This document shows positions 53,794-64,000 of a stretch of DNA of 64,000 bases, piece after piece. Below the pieces are notes generated by a model. That model was not told the origin of the DNA. It worked only from the letters and a program-made list of their open reading frames with translations, and did no database searches. Made by a program: the position numbers and the translations under genes. This DNA comes from Priapulus caudatus (taxonomy: Eukaryota): contig NW_014577074.1 in the NCBI RefSeq assembly GCF_000485595.1, positions 1,376,467-1,440,466 on the forward strand, written 5' to 3'. How positions within the stretch are numbered: the first letter of the stretch is position 1; every line of letters starts with the position of its first letter.

Positions 53794-53862
53794 GAACGGC
53801 GACGACGAGTGACGACGTCGTAACGGCGACGACGAGTGACGACGTCGTAACGGCGACGACGG
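53794..53862. repeat. 27-bp tandem repeat (aacggcgacgacgagtgacgacgtcgt), ~2.5 units
   Basis: Direct periodicity. Confidence 0.85.
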
Positions 53863-53957
53863 TGTAGATGACGTTTATGTAGTTGGAGAGTAGGCCTACT
53901 GTGCAGCACAGTTTATCGAGCATATGTATATATATATATCAAGAGCTCATAATAGAG

Positions 53958-53988
<31 letters not shown>

Positions 53989-56900
53989 CATTATAATATA
54001 ATCGTGTGTGTGTGTGTCGTGGCGTGCGTTGTCGTGCGTGCGTGCGTCTGTGCGCTGGTGCGTGCTGTGCGTGCGGCGTGCGGCGTGCGTGCGTGTGCGT
54101 GCGTGCGTGCAGGCGTCGGCGTGCGTGCTGGGCGTGCTGTCGCGGTGCGTGCGTGCGGCCGTGTGTGCGCCGCGCGTTGGGTCATGTGTATTGTGTGCGT
54201 CCGATCATATCCATATCATGCGCCATAAGGTTATATATGTACAGTTTCAAGCATTGACATCCATCTGTGACGGATGTATCCATATTGCGTCGCAACGCTA
54301 AGATAGAAATTTCATATGAATCGTTTGCTTGCTTTTAATGGCGCGAAACAGATATTTTAAGCTGTTGAGCTCATTCAGTAAAAAACAAACCACATTCCGC
54401 AGAGCCATTGTTGCAAACAGCTTCGCTGTCAACACACGGCGATGTCTCCGTTTCTTCCACTTTGCAGTAACCGACTTATATATGCGACAGACGACGTCCA
54501 TCCAACACCACATTCGCGTGTCCCATCCCATCGCCCACATGACGCTCGCCAGCAAGCCGCTGCGCATAACGGAAAAATCTTGGTATGCATCACTGGTCGG
54601 TAGCACTGCTCAGGTGACATGCGGCCCTGACAGCAACCGAGAGAGTAAATAGGAAATATTCACATGCAATTTTGCGAGCAAATGACCCGGCAAAGGTAAT
54701 AGGAATAAATGGTAGAGCCGGCATTAATAAGTACGGCATCGAACGGATATTCGCGACGCCGAATGAACCAACGATTACCTGTTTTATGTGCAATGCACAA
54801 TCAAACGTGCCAAAGTCCATAATCCTCCGACGTTATTACGACTTCAAAGTCGCCTTGCAGTCATCTTGTCTTTTGTGCATCAGACCGCAAAGCAGCACAC
54901 GTGAACTAACTGAACGTTCATCAGCAAAATATAGACAAATCTAAGAAATTTATTTGACAGCATCACACACGAACATGAAAGACCTCATCGAGGTAGACGA
55001 TAAGTCCTTACCTCAAGGGCATTCAACTAAGAGGGCTGTGATGCTTCTTTAAAAAAATGCATGCGTGGAGCGTGTGCATGCAGTCACACACCGTCGACCG
55101 TGTTCCCGTGAACACGCGAATGCTCTTAGCCTGGAATAAGATTTTTCCACCGAGAATAGACGATGCTGAGATGACATGTAAAATGAAACGTCGAAAGTTT
55201 GTAACAACACGGCTATTAGGCCAGTCCCGAGTTGCCTGCAAATACAAGTATTTGGTTTGATAACCCCAAGGCACCCGTTTAATCGTATTCCCCAATTCCA
55301 ACGAATATTGGTCCCCCGCAAAACCGAGAATCCGTTCAATTGCAATCAGACCGCACCAACAGGCTACCGTACGTGTACGTTGAAAGGGAATGACTATCAG
55401 TAATATAATTGCATAGCAATAGCGGGTTGATGAAAAAAACGATGTTTGATTTTTGGTGGCATAGACGTAACGTCGTCATTATAGGTCTAAAGCGAAGACA
55501 TTCAACACCAGTCGTCACTGTGTGTGTGCGCGCAGAGATTGAAGTCGGACGACGTGAGTGCTTGAGAACAATGCCGTGTTTGTGTTTCACTGCGCTTGAA
55601 GTTGACAACGTCACCGCGTGAAAAGCTTTGCAGAATCAATGGCTGGCTTTGTTCCCAGGCACGCTCGCACAAAGGTTTATCGGAATTTTTTTTAATGAAG
55701 ACGACCATCCGTCTAGGACAGCTCGGCGTTTATTCTCTCCATACCCCGCGTGTTTATACAGCGTGACAAGTGCCTTAAGCAAAACAAATTGTCAGTTTTG
55801 GCGGCCTGAATTTTAATTCTCGTCAGTATGTACCGTTTCACACAGTTCTCGCACGGATTTCTTCATGCTCAGAACAAAAGCCAGTGACAAAGTTTGAACA
55901 CTGAATTAAAGACACATTTCATGCACGCAAACGCGTGTATGTAAGTGTAGCATATAGCAAAGGTTCAATAAAACATACGGGTAGCATTTATAGCGGGTTA
56001 CAGTACGATGTAACATATAGAGAAGTCATGCCTATTCCACTCTTTATAAAAGGATGTATGATTCAGACACAAAGGTTGACACAGCGAGTGCTTGATAATT
56101 GGTGGTCATTTCATTCTCACGTTAAAAACCTTTTTTAATAATTACTGCGGATAATACATGGTATTCATGGAATACATGGTATACATAGAAGGTCGAAATC
56201 AAATGAAGAGATAAAATGATGCTAAACTGTCTAACACCTAATACACTAATTAAATAAAACACAGCATGGTTGATTGTCGCTCAAAAAGTGTGACGTAGAA
56301 CATAGAACAGGCTAATTGACGGATAAACACAATTGCAATGCGAACAGGCAAAAAAATTGTAAAAACTAAAAACACTAGCAAACGAGTATAATGCTAAATA
56401 CCCTATTTAACAATAAACGTTTAGTTTCATAGAGATTAAAAAAATTGTAAAGCTGACTAAATCGCAAAAAAAATCAATTAAGTGAAAACAGGGAAAGAAA
56501 TGATGAGATGATCACAACAAAATCAAAATGAAACACATGCAGTGATTGCTAATTATAGGACGGGCAAGGTTAACTTATCACGTAAAATTAAAACCTCTTC
56601 TCATAATGACCATTTATATATTTTTACGAATGTGAAATGATATTATTCCCAATTATTATGATAAAATTACAAATATAATTCCAAATAATAATCGTTCATG
56701 TTTCAAGGTATAAAACCTAACTGAAGAATAAGAACAAAAGGGTCCGAAAAATGTAATTAAGTATACTACATACATACAAATCGGTATAATTGATATTATA
56801 GAAGATAGGAACGGATATATTAATCAAAATTAATAAAACACACAATGCTCTTATTCCCACATTACACTCCCCTGGTAAGCATAGTATTATGCCGCGTATA

Positions 56901-57229
56901 GGAGTAGTGTCATCTCTAAAACACTAATTACGTCAAAAACATGAAGACTAAGCGACGTCTCTGTAGCTAATCTCTCGCCACGGCTTTGCTATAAGGCACT
57001 AGATATAGCATCCTTTCCGCTAACGATCCGTATAAGCGGCTTTCGACTCCACGCAATCGCCGCGTCGTCTCTAATGAAAACGAGCTCGGAACGGTACTCA
57101 AAGCTGTGTGCATTCTGTAAAAATTGTACTGGCTGTGCGGCGGAGAAGGGCAATCATTCTGTTCAACACTTGCAATAAGAACACGGAATATCAAAGCGAT
57201 GAGAGACAGAGGTGTATTGATATCTATTT

Positions 57230-58547
<1,318 letters not shown>

Positions 58548-60622
58548 AACGAGTGCGCATGCGTAATAGAGGGAACGACGGAGAGGTATATAAAATGGCG
58601 TAATATATGGATAAAGAATAAATGAGCACGCAGCCGGAATTATTATTAACTGTAATTTGTTATTAATCCCACGGGATTTCAATAAAGTTCGTGAGTTGCT
58701 TTAACACTTTCGATTTATGCGATATTACTCATTTAAATATTCAACATCGCTCAAGCTAATAATGGGACATTCAAAGTTTTGTTATAATAATCGTCACTTC
58801 CTCGTCTATTCCAGGCTCTACATCGTTAGACACCACTAGCAAAAGTAATAATGAATAAGTACATTGAGCGAAAGTAATAATGAAGTTCTTAACAATATAT
58901 AGCTTATGTAACCCTACTTTCTATGCGGGAATTATAAAAATATTATGCTAGTATATAACATATATATGATAAACCATCACTGATTTCACGCCTTACAAAC
59001 GGCGACCCAAGAATTCGTTCAGACGATGTGAATATAAACATAAATAATTGGCATGAGAGCAATATTATTTTGGCGTCGTACCTGACATTCAATATTTCCT
59101 GCGCATGCTCTAGCATGGCTGATAAGCTCGTTACTATATCCTGTTTGCGCTAGGTTAGTGTCTAATGCGTATCTCTGTGTCTTCCCATTTTATTGACAGC
59201 CTCTGTATACCTTATGAGCTACAGTTTAGGGAGCGGCTCAGTGGTATTTTTTCAGATAAACTGTATGCGTATGCTCAACGCGATTTCGTTTCGAAATTTC
59301 AAGTAAGAGAAAAAGTTGATACACCAATAGTTAGCTGTCGCTATACGGTATTAAACACCAAAGAGAGCGGATTTTACTCGATACGCGCCATAGCACTTTC
59401 TTAAAAGAAATATATCCGATATCAATTCGTGTATAGGCTAATCATATTTCTTATGCAAAACCACACATTTTTCCACGAGTTTGAATGCAATCTCATTAGG
59501 TATGCTGTAAACGATGCCAATGGCCCGGCGATGCATCTTCACAATTTGTCTTGCCTTAATAGTTTTTCCTGTCACGTATATGTGCGTGCACACAGCTATG
59601 GCTGTAAACGTGTCAGCGGTGTCTAAGAATAAGCTCGTGAATATGACCTTCACGCAGGACGTCGTTCATATGTCGTATGCGATAGAATAGATTTTCCAAT
59701 AATTTTTGGGGCAGTCAAACTAAGATCTTTATTTGTCTGCTTTTGAATAGACGTTCTGATAGAATTCATTTGAGATGTTTGAAAAGACGTTAAGCCAAAT
59801 TTAATTGTCGAATACTGTCTGTTTCCTGAAAGACATCTTTTCGAAATACAACTGCATTCGAAAACCGGGCATTTTCGCTTCTGTTAGAAATATCTCCCTA
59901 TAATAATTGCAAAAAGCTCTTGTAGAAAAATGCAATATTGCAGGCGCTTTGAGTGTAATACCACGCTGAGATGCTGCAGTACCTAGTAGAGAAATTTAAA
60001 ATTGATATTGTTATATACCGTTGTGTGTCAAATATGTCAACAAAAAAATCAAAATTATATATTTTCAGTTATTATATATTTTTAGTATATTTAATTATGG
60101 AAACAGCTTAGAGGAAAACACGTTTCCATTAATTTGTAACGGATTCACTTTAGACGGAATTAAACACATAGCCAACTAACTATTGATTCATAGTGTTCAT
60201 TTAGGTGGAAATGATACGAATGTGTGTATTTCAGAAACAATGATAGACGATTGACCTCATCATAGATTAGTTTTTTGTTAAATATTACGGCAAAATATTG
60301 CTTGTGCTTGCAATACGTATATCTACAAACGATGATTTTACGCCGAACCCCTAGTCAAGTGCACCCACTACTCAAAACTACCAGAGGAAAACACGACATA
60401 TCATCACGTTGACCTCATGACGTTGCAATTTTCGCGTACTTTTCCGAGGCGAGATAGAGATCGTCTGGCAGTCGATGGTTACCGACAGCGACGCGTGGTC
60501 TGCCGACGATTTTGCCGCGCTCTTTATGAACGGCAGACGCGCTGCGGTCGCGCAGCTTTTGCCGTGCGTCGCAGCAGCGCGATCGACGTATGTAAAATGC
60601 ACGCGAGAATGCAAACGCCGAG

Positions 60623-61020
60623 TTCTGTAAGGGCCCGTGTCAAGGACGGTAGACCCTTTACGGTAGCGTGTGTCGCTTAAAAGAATTCAAGGCCTATTCT
60701 GTAAGGAGCTATGTCAAGGACGGTAGACCCTTTACGTTAGCGTGAGTCACTCAGAATTCGAGATCGCTTCTGTAAGGAGCTATGTCAAAGACGGTATTTA
60801 CGTTAGCGTGAGTCACTCAAAATAATTCAAGGCCTATTCTGTAACGAACTATGTCAAGAACGGTAGACCCTTTATGTTAGCCTGTGTCACTCACAATTCA
60901 AGGCCTCTTCTGTAAGGAGCTATGCCAAGGACGACAGACCCTTTACGTTAGGCTAAACATGTGTCACTCAGAAATACTTCAAGGCTTCTTCTGAAAGGAG
61001 CTATGTCAAGAACGACAAAC
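60623..61020. repeat. ~70-75-bp minisatellite (ttctgtaaggagctatgtcaaggacggtagaccctttacgttagcgtgagtcactc...), ~5.5 units
   Basis: Direct periodicity. Confidence 0.9.
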
Positions 61021-64000
61021 CCGAGTAAAAATGGGTTAATTGACATGGCCAGTCATATAAATATCGAATACATTTTTAAATGGGTATGGCACTATTTCAT
61101 TAATAATCACATGTACCGAAAAATAAACGACATCATTCGACATTTTCCTCACGTATTCCGACAAAATTTTCACGTAACCAATTGTATTCTAAATAGCATT
61201 ATGTATGTCAGTTGTAAACGAGCAGTGATGAACATTAGCCTGAAAGCTCGCGATTCTAATAGCAATATCGTGTATAGTTTACCGAACATGCTACATCAGC
61301 AGATTACGTGCGAGCGAGCATTATAGACATCACGATATATAGACATCACGATCATGATCACCTCGCCGAGCAACAATTCCCGCGTTAAAATCCCGCCGCC
61401 TACTTTCTGCACATAATCCCGCAGCATATAACTACGTGCGTGTATACATACTGCGATGGTCAGATGTCAGGCAATGGGGTTAGGGGTTATATTTTGTCCG
61501 TAGCGTTGAGCCCGTTCAAACAATATGCGCCGCGTAATGTGTAGACCATTTTTAGCATCGGGCTACATCTTTATCTGACGTTCTCGTCGGGATAATGGAA
61601 CACTACATTGCGCTCGTTTCAGCCATCTTTGATCATCATGAGCGCAGATGGTAATAATATCTATTAACATTATGATATTAACCTTTCAAAATCGTACATG
61701 AAGCATAAAATTGGGTGTAAATTATAATGCTCATGAGTAACGTGTAGGCGCGTCGTTTAGAGACTGTGTGCATGCATACACCTCAAAGTAACAATATATA
61801 TCGATAGGATTACGCAGGCGAGATAATTCAACGTTCAAGATATTAAATTAATATGTAATTTAATAATTTATAACGTGACATTAAAATATAATTCATTAAA
61901 AAAATTAAAGTGGGAACGTCGACGATGCGCACCTCTCCTTTTAATGCGGATTTAATTAGATATTTTTATCAGACATTCTCATCAGATTTCAGACTTCACA
62001 TCATTCCACCATAAGGCAGTAATTGCTCTAGTATAGAAATGTAAATTTGGACTTCCAATGGCATGACTAGGAATAAAAACGATGAATAAACCAGGCTGTT
62101 ATATATCTATAATACCCCCATGATATTTCTTCTCACTCTGTAATAGTCGTGACCCAGCTCACGTGGGGTCAGCCCCGTACTGTGACGACCATCTTGTTAA
62201 ATCAAAGAAATAATAATTCACCATACATTCATATCGACCTAAAAATTTGCAATAATATACTGAAGTTATATTAAACTTGTAAATGCCAATTACAGAAATG
62301 CTTTATTGGCATGAAGCGCTAATGTTTGCAGAGGAAATAGAAGTAAACAGGCCTAGATGCTCACCTAACTCATTCGCTGACTCAACCCCCTGCCCTTTGT
62401 CTTGGGAAATAATAATCTTTCTCCTATTATGATTGCTGTGACATACATCCTATTAGGAGTCTGTTAACACGCGCGCTGTTAATGGGTTCCTGATCTTATA
62501 ATGACTTTATGGTTATATCGTTTTCAGTTTGTTCTATTGTTTGCTGGGTGGTTCCACGTACCGCCATGTCACTGCATGGAGTGCTTCCATGTGCGGACGG
62601 TATCTTTTATTGCTGTTTCTGGTCAGGTTTACAGCCGTCTCCATCATAAATACAAATTAACGAGCGAGAGTATCAATGATTTGTTAGTGTTATTAGTGGT
62701 TATTTAGTGTAACTATCTCCCGCTAGGCCGTTCCTGCCACCTGATACACACGAAGGCGCAGCGTCCCTGATGTGATGTTTGCGTGGTTTTGAAAATGCCG
62801 TTTGATGTCTAGAGACGAAACACTAATAATACTCTGGATGTATGACTTTTATTTGTTTTCAACAAGTTCGATGAAACTGCCGAAGCCATTAGGATAAAAG
62901 TTTTTGCCCCGTTCACTAAGATCTGTATAGACATTTCAATGGATTAAAAGGCTGAAAATGTGTATTCAGTCTGATTTTTTTGGGTTCTGCTATATTTTTT
63001 GTTTTTAGTGCACAGTTAGCCACGTATATGGCAATTAACGCTACCCTGCTGCGATGCTTCCAAGGTATTCCTTTTCGTCGAAGTTAAGTTAATGGCACTC
63101 ACGTTATTCAGCCTTAGTTTCCGACACCTTCACTCCCCATCCGTCACGGTTTTTAGCTAGTTATCTCCGAGTAGTCAAGTGTACGTGTCAAAATCTGACT
63201 GGCTTGTGGTTGCAATCAGTCTAAATAACGTGTTGCCTATGTCATTCAAAATTTTACTGGCGTGTAGATTTAGATAGAACATCGGAATCCTACGAAAATT
63301 AGCAAGTCATGCTAAAATGTTTTAATAACGCACCAAAAATAGCCAGATATTCTAAATATTTATCAAAATTCGTTTGTATATCACGTGAGTCGTTATAATG
63401 ACATTCAATACGAGTTTCTCTAAAATGAAAATGCCTTTATTCTATGAAAGAATATCTGCATTATATTCTAAAGAAAATTCTAGGACATTCTATTTTATCA
63501 CAGCATAGTCGTCTATCTCTCATAACCTTATGGATAACTCCATTGCTAATAAATGAAATATAATAATTAACAACTTTTTTGTTGAGGTGATTAATAGTCG
63601 CATCTTGATATGTGTGAAGATTTAATACGTTAATTCCAATTCCAAAATTTAAGCGTCTCTACTTGCGGTGTGTAAAATCGACGGCTCACATCTAAGCGAC
63701 ATACATGACTGAGAGGGTATGAAAACCTTCTCGTTAAGAAAACACCGCATTGATCATTTTAGTTACGGACCACTATAGTTCTCAGCAAGCCACTTACTCG
63801 TTTGTATATTCCATCATGCTACTGACAGATGACTGACATTTACTTCTAATTAAAATTTCGTAGTACAGATTGATTATAAACTAATCATGCCTCTGTGTTA
63901 AAGAGGGAATTAAGTGAATCCACTAGCAGCTCGGCAGAGTAATCAGCCTCGGCGATGGCCAGCCAAGTAATAATACATCTGGATAACCTGGTAAGTTGAA

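Noticed and set aside
54298..55816. Cluster of 60-107 aa ORFs
   Set aside because: No recognisable homology; more likely promoter or 5' intron sequence of the transporter.

Overview
Eukaryotic (invertebrate-type animal) genomic scaffold with several N gaps and many microsatellites; there are no prokaryotic features. Three spliced genes can be rebuilt by hand from GT-AG exons with consistent phases. (1) The last five coding exons of a TTC13 orthologue (+, 2056-7112). (2) A single-domain LAMP5/UNC-46-like lysosome-associated membrane protein (+, core exons 21247-24339, probable first exon at 14538). (3) A convergent SLC1A2/EAAT2 (GLT-1)-like glutamate transporter (-, 39927-50333). About 8 kb of the transporter 3' half appears twice in tandem (~30944-39057 and 39058-47073) with complementary indel-noisy halves, which is most likely a long-read gap-filling artefact. 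The most interesting non-coding signals are three foldback elements with unrelated arms that each enclose a (TTAGGG)n telomere-type core (one has a 9-bp TSD), and two intronic minisatellites in the transporter that amplify its own 3' splice signals. An ~0.9 kb intronic inverted repeat also brackets three TTC13 exons. I found no evidence for a novel protein-coding system; almost all supplied ORFs are repeat or gap artefacts. All homology calls rest on my recall of the families, not on a database search.
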